From contig JBDLQG010000001.1 in NCBI GenBank assembly GCA_039800705.1, positions 1-44,111 of the forward strand: a DNA stretch of 44,111 nucleotides, in the 5' to 3' direction. The DNA is from Pseudomonadota bacterium. Its GTDB lineage: Bacteria > Pseudomonadota > Gammaproteobacteria > Methylococcales > Methylomonadaceae. Made by a program: the position numbers and the translations under genes. The notes beneath the pieces are model-generated. The model did not search any database and was not told the origin of the DNA. It saw only the letters and a program-made list of their open reading frames with translations. Of this stretch, positions 31,973 through 39,960 are shown piece by piece; the stretch's first letter is position 1, and every line of letters begins with the position of its first letter.

Positions 31973-33395
31973 AGAGTTATTAGCAAGACGTAAAGCGCGT
32001 GTTGATTTACACGCGTTTATTCAATATATCAATCCTGATTATATTGTCTCTGAATTTTCGCGGACTGTTTGCAATGAATTGATGCAATTTATTGATGATG
32101 TTAATAACGGTAAGCGTCCTATTATTGTTTTTGGAGCTCCACCTCAAAATGGGAAATCGACAATTGTTAGCCGATACTTCCCTGCATTTCTCCACGGCAT
32201 AAACAGCAATCTATCAATAGCGGGTGTGTCTTATAATTCAGATTTAGCAGAGGATATGGGGCGCGATGTACAACGCATTATCAACAGTGATGAGTATAAA
32301 CGGCTGTTTCCTAGCTCAATGTTAGGACAAAAGAAAAAAGGCGTAGCAAGCAAACAAAACTCCACGGCTTATGAAATAGGCGAAAAAGGGACTTATCGCG
32401 GTATTGGTGTTGGCGGTGGTTTGGTTGGTAGAAAAGTTGATATAGGCATTATTGACGATCCCATCAAAAACAGCCAAGAAGCATTGAGCGAAACGGTAAA
32501 AGCTGGAATATGGAGTTGGTATCTGACAGCGTTTTTAAGTCGGTTATCAAAAAATAGCGGTCATATCATCATGGAGACCCGATGGGCAATAGATGACTTG
32601 TCTGGCAAAGTTTTAGAAAATGACCCGCAAACAAGGCATTTAGTTTTTAAAGCAATCTCTGATGATGGCAAGGCATTAGTCCCTGAATTACACCCCATTG
32701 AAAAACTTGAAAAAACACGGGCAACTGTAGGCGTGTACTTTTGGGAGGCATTATATCAACAGAACCCTATGCCTCCAGGCGGTCTATTTTTTAATGAATC
32801 GGATTTACTTGAAAACGGGCTACCTGTTTCTTATCCTGCCAACTGCCAACAAATCATCACGGTGTTAGATACAGCGGTCAAAACTGGTAAGAAAAATGAC
32901 AGCACAGCCGTTATTCATTGCGCATTTATTCAGTACCCAGAACCGCGTTTAATCATTCTCGATTGGGATGCTGTACAAATTGAAGGCGGCAGTTTAATCA
33001 CTTGGCTACCGTCCGTTATTGACCGCTCTATCGAATTAGGCGTACAGTGCAAAGCGCGTCATGGTTCAAGCATCTGGATAGAAGACCGCGCGTCGGGTTC
33101 GATTTTGTTACAGCAATGCGCTAATGACGGCATACCAGCCAACGCAATACCTGAGATATTTACCGCTAAAATGGGCAAATCAGAGCGAGCGATTGCCGCT
33201 AGTCCTTATGTGTTTAGTGGTAAAGTACGATTTAGCGAGCACGCTTATGATAAAATAGTCGTACTTAAAGACCAGCCTAAAAACCACTTATTAAACCAGA
33301 TTGTAAACTTTAGAATCGGTATTGATAACGGAGCCGATGATTTACTTGATACCGCAATGTACGCTATCCTTTTAACATTAAAAGAAGACCATTAA
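31935..33395 (+). CDS. terL: terminase large subunit
   Basis: Walker A VFGAPPQNGKST and Walker B-like IGIIDDP, plus a C-terminal nuclease-type region. Followed by the portal. Confidence 0.9.
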   Translation: MTNSQISPAAAARELLARRKARVDLHAFIQYINPDYIVSEFSRTVCNELMQFIDDVNNGKRPIIVFGAPPQNGKSTIVSRYFPAFLHGINSNLSIAGVSYNSDLAEDMGRDVQRIINSDEYKRLFPSSMLGQKKKGVASKQNSTAYEIGEKGTYRGIGVGGGLVGRKVDIGIIDDPIKNSQEALSETVKAGIWSWYLTAFLSRLSKNSGHIIMETRWAIDDLSGKVLENDPQTRHLVFKAISDDGKALVPELHPIEKLEKTRATVGVYFWEALYQQNPMPPGGLFFNESDLLENGLPVSYPANCQQIITVLDTAVKTGKKNDSTAVIHCAFIQYPEPRLIILDWDAVQIEGGSLITWLPSVIDRSIELGVQCKARHGSSIWIEDRASGSILLQQCANDGIPANAIPEIFTAKMGKSERAIAASPYVFSGKVRFSEHAYDKIVVLKDQPKNHLLNQIVNFRIGIDNGADDLLDTAMYAILLTLKEDH

Positions 33396-33397
33396 TT

Positions 33398-36300
33398 ATG
33401 AATGCAGAACTTGACATAACTGGCAGCGGCTTAACGACTCCATTACTAGACATATTAATGGCGGATAACATACAAGTTGGTTCTGATTTAGGTTATCAGT
33501 TATGTAAACAACTGTATTTACATCACCCGTTAGGGGCAAAAATAGTCGATTTACCGATTGTTAAAGCCCTATCTAAACCGCGTAAACTATCCGTTCCTAA
33601 TAGTCCTGAGGACTTGGTTGTAAAGGCGTTTGTTGACGAGTGGAACGCGTTAAAAGTCGATAGCATTATAGCCAACATTGCACGTCAAGCCAGAATCTAC
33701 GGCTTTGGTAGCGCAATTATGGGCGTTGATGATGAGGGCGTAGAATCCGAACAAAAGACTAAAACTAATGAGCCGCTACCGTTAGAACAACTGTATAAAC
33801 TCAATATCTTTTTTAACGTACTCGACCCATTGAATACAGCGGGTAGCGTTATTCTATCTCAAGATGCAAACAGCGTAGACTTTCAACGTATTGACTCGGT
33901 AACGTGCCAAGGCAAGCCTTATCATCATTCGCGCGTTTGTACGTTCATGAATGAGCGACCTATCTACCTATCTTACACACAGTCAAGCTATGGCTATGTG
34001 GGCAGGTCTGTATTTACCCGTTCATTGTTCCCTATGAAGTCATACATTAGAAGTATGATTACTGATGACAGCGTGGCTACTAAGGCTGGCTTGTTAGTCA
34101 TGAAAACTAAAAAGGCGGGTACTATTGTCAATAAAACTATGCTGGCAATCAGTGAGTTCAAACGGACAGTTTTGAAAGGCGCGGCTACTGGCAACGTGCT
34201 GGATATGGGTACTGATGACAGCGTAGAGACGCTTAACATGACTAACGTCAATCAAGCAATGGACGCAAGCCGTAAGAACATACTTGAGAACATAGCCGCA
34301 GCCGCAGGATTGCCTGCCAAGTTGTTATCTAACGAAACCTTTGCCACTGGTTTTGGAGAAGGTGCAGAAGACGCAAAAGAAATTGCTGAATATATCGACT
34401 GGTTTAGAAATGAATTGCAACCACTCTATGATTTTTTTGATCAAATTGTCATGTATCGCGCATGGAATCCTGAATTTTATGAAACTATTAAACCGCGCTG
34501 TCCTAGTTATAAAGACGTATCCTGGCAAGCGGCTTTTAATAGCTGGAAAAAGTCATTTTGTGCAGAATGGGAAAACTTGTTAAAAGAACCCGATAGCGAG
34601 TTGATTAAAGTTGAAGAAACTAAATTTAAAGCTATTAATGATTTAATAGGCGCGGTGTATGACAAATTAGACCCTGTTAATCAAGGGGCTGTATTGGAAT
34701 GGGCACAAACTAACCTAAACGATAACAAGTTGTTATTTCCTAATCCGTTAGAGATTGATCCCGACTTATTGATTCAATATAGTGCTGAACAACAAGCGCA
34801 AGCACAGCAACAACAAGCGCAACAGTTGGCATTGATGCAACAACAACCACAAAGCAATGAGCAGCCAGCCTATGCTGATTCTGTTGCGTATGCTGATGGT
34901 TGGATAACACTTAATGGCGAAAGTGGAGAAGAGGGTAACGGCGGTAGTCATGTATTTGTCGGGGCAGGTGGCACAATCGAAAAAGGTGCGAGCGGTTTAA
35001 AAGGTAAAAAGCTCAGTGATTTGAAAGGTACTAAGAAGTTTACTAAGTATGAGACCAATGCCGAGCGTGAACAGCCAGAACCATTAAAAGGCGCGGCAAG
35101 GCTAAGAGCAATGAATGAGCAAAGAGCTAAAGAAAAAGAAGCCGATAAATTAGCCAATCCAGAAAAATACGAACCAGCAAAAAGCAGCCCAAAAAAGAAC
35201 ACGCTAGAATCAGATCATCATGTAAATGAACATTATGCAAAGGCGACTATTCCAGAGCTTGAAAAAATGCACAAAGACATGAAAGCTAAAGGCGAGAAAT
35301 TATCACTTAAGGCTTTGGAAAACACACCAACTGGAAAAGGTGGTGGCGGCAATCAAAGAAAAAACAACCAGCGAGACACTACTGGCGGGAATATGCTTGC
35401 TAACGCTATGGATTTGGAATCATACATAAATGCGCGAAAAAATGCAGAGCGTGAACAGTCGCAGGCTAAGGAAACCAAGCAAAGCGAGCAATCCGCCACT
35501 GATAAGCCAATCGAGTCAAATAATTTGACAAAACAATCAAATCATGAAACAATGTCTCCAACGTCTCAATCCGAGGCGCACACTGGAGAAGCTAAAATGA
35601 ACGCAAATAATATCTTAAATGCTGTAAAAACAGACAAAAAACAAAGCACGTTGTTTTTAAAACCAAGTCATACAGCAATAGCAATTGCAAGCATGACGTC
35701 AACACAAATGGACGGCAAGCATGAAAAAAGCGTTATGTCTTTAAATGACTCGCTGGCTGCAATTGGCATAAACAAAGACGGAACATTAATGAATGGTGGC
35801 AAATTAGACAAAGATGAATTTGAAAAAATAAAAGATTTTGTTAGTAAAAACAAAGGGTTTTATAACAAAAATACCGATGAGTTTGGCGGAGTAGGTGGCG
35901 AATGGTTAGAATCGCAAGCCAAAAAATTTGAGATCAATCACAAAGCATACGGAAGAGACGCGGATAAAAAAAATGCAGCTTATCTTGCTGAAAAAGAAAA
36001 AGAAAAAGAGTTTTACAAAAATCAAGCCGCTCCAGCAAAACAACAATCAGCGTCTAATAGCGGCGGTAATAAATCGTCTGTATTAACGTCAGGTGCTGAT
36101 GCGGGCAAAATAAAAGTTGAATATGGACATAATTCAAAAATGTACGATGATTTGAAAAAATTAAAAGGAGCAAAATACATTAAAAGCGGATTGTTTTATA
36201 TCCCGTCAGAACATGCAAAAGCAGTAGCTGATTTATCAAAAAAACATGGGTTAGAGTTAAGTGATGGTTTTAAGCGAAATTTTCCAGAAGAGTCAAACCT

Positions 36301-36922
36301 GACTCCACAATCAAATCATGAAACAATGTCTCCAACGTCTCAATCCGAGGCGAACACTGGAGACAAGACAATGAACGTAACAGATTTTTTAGAAAAACAT
36401 TATCCACACAATGCAAAAAATGCTCAGTACACAAAAGGTACTGAACACCACGACAGTAATGTTAATTTCCATCTTGATAATGCAATCAAGGAAGAAATGG
36501 GTAGCGATATTAAGCCAATATCGCAAAATGGCGGCGGCGAGTTTTCTGACAAACAGCGTAAAAATTTTATGCAAGCGGTTGAAGAATCTCAAAACGAAAA
36601 CAAACCTGCATTGGTAGGTACTGAAAAACAAGTAGAGTGGGCAAACAGCATCAGAGACAAAGCATTTAAAAAGCTTAATTATGTTAAGTCGTTTTTAAAT
36701 AACATTAATTATGATGCCATTCCAGAGGCTAACCATGCAGTTATAAAGCCATTAATCGGCGAAATACTGACAAACATTGAGGACATAAAAAGCATTGATA
36801 GTGCTAAAAAATGGATTGACAACAAAGGTTTTGATTTAAATAGCCAACTTTTAAATCCAAGCAAAAAAGGTGTTATAAATTCTTTGTTGACATCAGCGGC
36901 AACGGATAAATTTCAAAAATGA
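33398..36922 (+). CDS. portal protein (aa 1 to ~480) fused to a ~700-aa C-terminal extension
   Basis: Follows terL directly. A Gln-rich linker QQAQAQQQQAQQLALMQQQPQ separates the portal-sized N-terminal part from a Lys/Glu-rich multi-segment tail. Confidence 0.75.
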   Translation: MNAELDITGSGLTTPLLDILMADNIQVGSDLGYQLCKQLYLHHPLGAKIVDLPIVKALSKPRKLSVPNSPEDLVVKAFVDEWNALKVDSIIANIARQARIYGFGSAIMGVDDEGVESEQKTKTNEPLPLEQLYKLNIFFNVLDPLNTAGSVILSQDANSVDFQRIDSVTCQGKPYHHSRVCTFMNERPIYLSYTQSSYGYVGRSVFTRSLFPMKSYIRSMITDDSVATKAGLLVMKTKKAGTIVNKTMLAISEFKRTVLKGAATGNVLDMGTDDSVETLNMTNVNQAMDASRKNILENIAAAAGLPAKLLSNETFATGFGEGAEDAKEIAEYIDWFRNELQPLYDFFDQIVMYRAWNPEFYETIKPRCPSYKDVSWQAAFNSWKKSFCAEWENLLKEPDSELIKVEETKFKAINDLIGAVYDKLDPVNQGAVLEWAQTNLNDNKLLFPNPLEIDPDLLIQYSAEQQAQAQQQQAQQLALMQQQPQSNEQPAYADSVAYADGWITLNGESGEEGNGGSHVFVGAGGTIEKGASGLKGKKLSDLKGTKKFTKYETNAEREQPEPLKGAARLRAMNEQRAKEKEADKLANPEKYEPAKSSPKKNTLESDHHVNEHYAKATIPELEKMHKDMKAKGEKLSLKALENTPTGKGGGGNQRKNNQRDTTGGNMLANAMDLESYINARKNAEREQSQAKETKQSEQSATDKPIESNNLTKQSNHETMSPTSQSEAHTGEAKMNANNILNAVKTDKKQSTLFLKPSHTAIAIASMTSTQMDGKHEKSVMSLNDSLAAIGINKDGTLMNGGKLDKDEFEKIKDFVSKNKGFYNKNTDEFGGVGGEWLESQAKKFEINHKAYGRDADKKNAAYLAEKEKEKEFYKNQAAPAKQQSASNSGGNKSSVLTSGADAGKIKVEYGHNSKMYDDLKKLKGAKYIKSGLFYIPSEHAKAVADLSKKHGLELSDGFKRNFPEESNLTPQSNHETMSPTSQSEANTGDKTMNVTDFLEKHYPHNAKNAQYTKGTEHHDSNVNFHLDNAIKEEMGSDIKPISQNGGGEFSDKQRKNFMQAVEESQNENKPALVGTEKQVEWANSIRDKAFKKLNYVKSFLNNINYDAIPEANHAVIKPLIGEILTNIEDIKSIDSAKKWIDNKGFDLNSQLLNPSKKGVINSLLTSAATDKFQK
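35513..35598 (+). repeat. in-frame repeat, copy 1 (core 35534-35589)
   Basis: CAATCAAATCATGAAACAATGTCTCCAACGTCTCAATCCGAGGCG(C)ACACTGGAGA, encoding QSNHETMSPTSQSEAHTGE. Confidence 0.9.
36293..36378 (+). repeat. in-frame repeat, copy 2 (core 36308-36363)
   Basis: 55/56 nt identical to copy 1, 774 nt (258 codons) downstream, encoding QSNHETMSPTSQSEANTGD. Confidence 0.9.
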
Positions 36923-37104
36923 AACCCGCCGACCTAATCCGCTTAAGTGGAGTGTCAAAACAAACGCTCCACAACTGGAAAAAGAATAAGCCAGTGCTGT
37001 ATGAAGTTGTACGCCTTGGCTGTGAAGTAAAACTACAACAAGAACCACAACTGCAAGACAATTGGTACGAATGCAAGACATTAGACAACACCCAGATTAC
37101 ATAG
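36919..37104 (+). CDS. small HTH DNA-binding protein
   Basis: LIRLSGVSKQTLHNWKKNK HTH. ATGA overlap with the portal stop. Confidence 0.6.
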   Translation: MKPADLIRLSGVSKQTLHNWKKNKPVLYEVVRLGCEVKLQQEPQLQDNWYECKTLDNTQIT

Positions 37105-37166
37105 CCGCCGTAATCAATGCTTATAATCAGGGCGCGATAACTAAACAACAGCGCGATGATTTACTA

Positions 37167-37193
37167 AAGCCACTCTAAGCAGTGGCTTTTTTT
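37167..37193 (+). terminator. rho-independent terminator
   Basis: AAGCCACT-CTAAGC-AGTGGCTT followed by TTTTT. Confidence 0.8.
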
Positions 37194-37194
37194 A

Positions 37195-37203
37195 TGGTAT
37201 AAT
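37195..37203 (+). promoter_or_regulatory. extended -10 promoter TGGTATAAT
   Basis: Perfect TGnTATAAT abutting the terminator. Confidence 0.6.
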
Positions 37204-37208
37204 GTTTA

Positions 37209-37286
37209 TGTGGCTAGGGTAGCTCCCGAAAACGTGATTACTCGCACGAATGCCACACTATCCTATCGAGTACCATTTTAGGGTAA
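37209..37286 (+). promoter_or_regulatory. structured 5' leader of the Rha gene with competing helices
   Basis: TGTGGC/GCCACA (37209-14 / 37252-57). CTATCCTA (37258-65) can pair either with TAGGGTAG (37215-22) or with the initiation-region octamer TAGGGTAA (37279-86). Confidence 0.4.
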
Positions 37287-37290
37287 TAAA

Positions 37291-37956
37291 ATGCAAACAG
37301 AATTAGTACACAGAGAAAATAATAAGGCTTTTACAGATTCTTTGATTGTGGCAAAAGAATTTAATAAACGTCCTGCTTATGTTCACGAAAAAATAAAGGC
37401 TTTTCTTAATAGCGAAAATGACGAATTAAGAAAATTCGGACTGCAAACTTTTGTGCAATCCTCTTATGTAGATGAAACAAATAAAGTCCGTGAAAAGTTT
37501 GATATTACAGAAGACGGCTTTTTAGAATTGGCAATGTCATTTACTGGCGATAAATCAAGACTGATTCGCACACGATTTATAAAAGCCTTTCGTGATGCTC
37601 TTAATGAAATTAACCGACTTTATGCTAACCCGCCACGAACCGATTTAATAACTGACAAGCGTAACGCACATAACCCGATGATGACGGCATTAATTGAATT
37701 GCGGCATGATTTAGGCAAAGAAACAAAGCCAGTGCATTTTATGTGTGAAAATAAATTATGCAATGGTGTAGTAACTGGCAATTACAAAACAGCCGATGAA
37801 TCCGCGTTATCAAATGCCGATATTGAACTGTTGGCACAAGTACGAAAACGTAATGAAGCGTTTTTATTGTCTGGTATCGAGTATGAAGAGCGCAAAAAAA
37901 GATTAATTGCGTTTGCAATGAAACATCGAACTAATTTACTAAAAACAGGACAATAA
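37291..37956 (+). CDS. Rha-family phage regulatory protein
   Basis: The N-terminus ...NNKAFTDSLIVAKEFNKRPAYVHEKIKAF resembles the Rha domain. Confidence 0.6.
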   Translation: MQTELVHRENNKAFTDSLIVAKEFNKRPAYVHEKIKAFLNSENDELRKFGLQTFVQSSYVDETNKVREKFDITEDGFLELAMSFTGDKSRLIRTRFIKAFRDALNEINRLYANPPRTDLITDKRNAHNPMMTALIELRHDLGKETKPVHFMCENKLCNGVVTGNYKTADESALSNADIELLAQVRKRNEAFLLSGIEYEERKKRLIAFAMKHRTNLLKTGQ

Positions 37957-37958
37957 AA

Positions 37959-38276
37959 ATGTTTTTTACCTTTGTACAAAATAATGTTCATGGCGACATT
38001 GTTAAAAACGAAAACGTTGCTGAATATGTGATTATAGAAGCTGATAATTCAGAAAAAGCCAATGAAAAAGCAACTCTAATTGGAATAGATGAAAGTGATT
38101 ATTGCGAATGTTGCGGTTGGCGATGGGTAGATGCGGAAGATAAAAACGGAACTATAAATCCTACAGTAAAAGATATTACCGACTTAGAAAATTATAAGGA
38201 TGATTTTTATCCATCGGTAAAAATTATTATTTATTATGATAATGGTAAAAAAACAATATTAACGTGCAATTGGTAA
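37959..38276 (+). CDS. hypothetical protein (CECCGWRW motif)
   Basis: 105 aa. Confidence 0.6.
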   Translation: MFFTFVQNNVHGDIVKNENVAEYVIIEADNSEKANEKATLIGIDESDYCECCGWRWVDAEDKNGTINPTVKDITDLENYKDDFYPSVKIIIYYDNGKKTILTCNW

Positions 38277-38288
38277 CGCGATGAATTA

Positions 38289-38318
38289 TTGACAACCAAT
38301 AAAAACACGCGCTAAACT
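38289..38318 (+). promoter_or_regulatory. promoter TTGACA-18-TAAACT
   Basis: Consensus -35 at 38289-94 and -10 at 38313-18. Confidence 0.5.
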
Positions 38319-38324
38319 AACCAT

Positions 38325-38425
38325 AGATTTTTGAATATGTGCGGTAACACGAATTCAAAAGTCATTCAGTGTACTTTATAAAAACCCGCGTCATAATGTT
38401 ACCGCATTGTGATAGCGGGTTTTTT
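38325..38425 (+). ncRNA. candidate ~100-nt sRNA or attenuator leader (two hairpins plus U-tract)
   Basis: Hairpin 1: 38326-36 / 38353-63, 11 bp with a 16-nt loop. Hairpin 2: AAACCCGC..TCATAATG-TTACCG-CATTGTGA..GCGGGTTT followed by TTTT. Loop 1 TGCGGTAACA (38340-49) is the exact complement of TGTTACCGCA (38397-406). Confidence 0.4.
38382..38425 (+). terminator. long rho-independent terminator hairpin
   Basis: 8 + 8 bp stem, hexaloop and T-run, 16 nt upstream of ATG 38441. Confidence 0.65.
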
Positions 38426-38440
38426 ATTGGGATTTATAAA

Positions 38441-38773
38441 ATGAAAACATTACTTATAGCAGCAATCGCTTTAATGATTGCAACAACTGCACAGGCTAAA
38501 CCTGTCCACAAAAACACTCAAGCGGATGCTGATTTTTGCGGGTATACTTACAATGAACTTGCAGAAGTGGCGGTGATAGAGGGATTTTGTGGTATTAGAG
38601 GCTCTAAGGCTTTGGAGCTGGATAGATTACTGTCTTCAAAACATTGCCCACAACCCACTAATCAAGAGATGCTTAACATTGTGAACGCACAAAAAGCAGA
38701 AGTGCAGGACGTGGCGCGGACTAATCCAAGCTTGTGTCAATCGGAAGCGGTAAAAAACATCATTGGTTATTAA
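38441..38773 (+). CDS. secreted/periplasmic small protein (signal peptide, 4 Cys)
   Basis: MKTLLIAAIALMIATTAQA/KP signal sequence. The track start at 38369 lies inside the terminator hairpin. Confidence 0.6.
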   Translation: MKTLLIAAIALMIATTAQAKPVHKNTQADADFCGYTYNELAEVAVIEGFCGIRGSKALELDRLLSSKHCPQPTNQEMLNIVNAQKAEVQDVARTNPSLCQSEAVKNIIGY

Positions 38774-38774
38774 C

Positions 38775-39551
38775 ATGCGAACAGTTAACGAGTTACTTAC
38801 AGCGGCAATTAAAGACATTGAAGAGCATGGTTTTGATAGTGCTGAACGTGTCGAGAGTTGGATTAAGCAAATCAAGGCGGCTATTGAGTTGGGACAGGAA
38901 CCCGATGAAAAGTTGATTGAACGCTTAAAAGCATCCTACACGCCTAAAGTGGGTAAAGCGTTACAAAAGTTAAATGACCAGATACCGCTATTTAGAAAGC
39001 AACAGATTAAACAAAGTCTTTACGGTGAACTTGACAGGCGAATACTGTCAGCGTCCAGCCTTATCAAACTACGCAAAGAACAGGCAGTAAACGAAACCCT
39101 AAGGCGGTTTGTCGGGTGGTCAACGTCTATACCAATAGGCGGCGGTGATGTGACCGACAAGGTTGAGCTAAAACAAGGCATTAAAAAATCGCTTAGTCAA
39201 ATGTCATTTATAGAGCGTAGATGTTCAATCGATCAAGCCGCTAAGCTAGTGGCTAATATTAAAGATATTGTGGCGGTGGATTCAGGGGCTATAGCGGGGC
39301 AATGGCACAGTCATTTTAGACGACCAGGTTATGATTTTAGAAAAGACCATGCCGAAAGAGACGGACAATTTTTTATAATCCGTGATAGCTGGGCGGATAA
39401 ATTGGGATTAGTAAAAGGTACATACACCGATGAGATAACTATGCCATCTCAAGAACCATTTTGTCAGTGTGATTACAGTTATTACTACAAACTAAATCGA
39501 TTACCCGATGAGAACCTGACTAAAAAAGGTATGGAGTATTTGAAACGATGA
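38775..39551 (+). CDS. head morphogenesis protein (MuF / SPP1 gp7-like)
   Basis: ATG at 38775 (track TTG at 38763). C-terminal ...EPFCQCDYSY resembles the MuF H..CRC region. Position is downstream of the portal. Confidence 0.6.
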   Translation: MRTVNELLTAAIKDIEEHGFDSAERVESWIKQIKAAIELGQEPDEKLIERLKASYTPKVGKALQKLNDQIPLFRKQQIKQSLYGELDRRILSASSLIKLRKEQAVNETLRRFVGWSTSIPIGGGDVTDKVELKQGIKKSLSQMSFIERRCSIDQAAKLVANIKDIVAVDSGAIAGQWHSHFRRPGYDFRKDHAERDGQFFIIRDSWADKLGLVKGTYTDEITMPSQEPFCQCDYSYYYKLNRLPDENLTKKGMEYLKR

Positions 39552-39808
39552 GAATTAGAAAGCTAAACGTAAAATGCGAGCCGTATACATTAAATCTATC
39601 GACTTATTCAGAAATTATAAATTTGCCTTTTATAAAAACCAGTTTAAGCGGTGGTGTATGTTTAGATGCTGAATGCGTAAGTGGCCCAGAATTACATAAA
39701 AAATGGCAGGAAACGGCATTGATAGAAGCCGAACAAGACCTAAAAGAATACATGGAGAAATATCTTAATTATGTACAACGAGTTAGACACGCTAAATACT
39801 TAGGATAG
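39548..39808 (+). CDS. hypothetical protein
   Basis: 86 aa, ATGA coupling. Confidence 0.6.
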   Translation: MRIRKLNVKCEPYTLNLSTYSEIINLPFIKTSLSGGVCLDAECVSGPELHKKWQETALIEAEQDLKEYMEKYLNYVQRVRHAKYLG

Positions 39809-39885
39809 TGATAAAATAATTACGCTAGTTACAGTTCTATACAGCATTAATCAGTTAGTCTGGAATGCGCAAAAAACTGATTAAA

Positions 39886-39913
39886 AACGCCTATTAATTA
39901 GGCGTTTTTTTTT
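39886..39913 (+). terminator. rho-independent terminator
   Basis: AACGCCT-ATTAATT-AGGCGTT followed by T9, preceded by a second 9-bp hairpin (39848-56 / 39875-83). Confidence 0.85.
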
Positions 39914-39921
39914 GCCTGTAT

Positions 39922-39954
39922 ATGTTATGATATAACATAACATAGTGCTATAAT
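39922..39954 (+). promoter_or_regulatory. capsid-operon promoter: palindrome ATGTTAT-GAT-ATAACAT plus extended -10 TGCTATAAT
   Basis: TGCTATAAT at 39946-54. The ATG at 39961 is 7 nt after the -10, a leaderless geometry. Confidence 0.5.
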
Positions 39955-39960
39955 CAAATC

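Noticed and set aside
36400-36408. Perfect DnaA-box 9-mer TTATCCACA
   Set aside because: It is a single copy inside the portal-extension coding sequence. One chance hit is roughly expected in 44 kb on two strands, and the real origin signature is at 25856-26177.
37071-37178. Alternative-frame 35-aa ORF (MQDIRQHPDYIAAVINAYNQGAITKQQRDDLLKPL) ending in the terminator loop
   Set aside because: It looks protein-like and would close the 63-nt gap before the terminator. However, it overlaps the HTH gene end, has no RBS, and I found no slippery site for a fusion. The sequence alone cannot support it.
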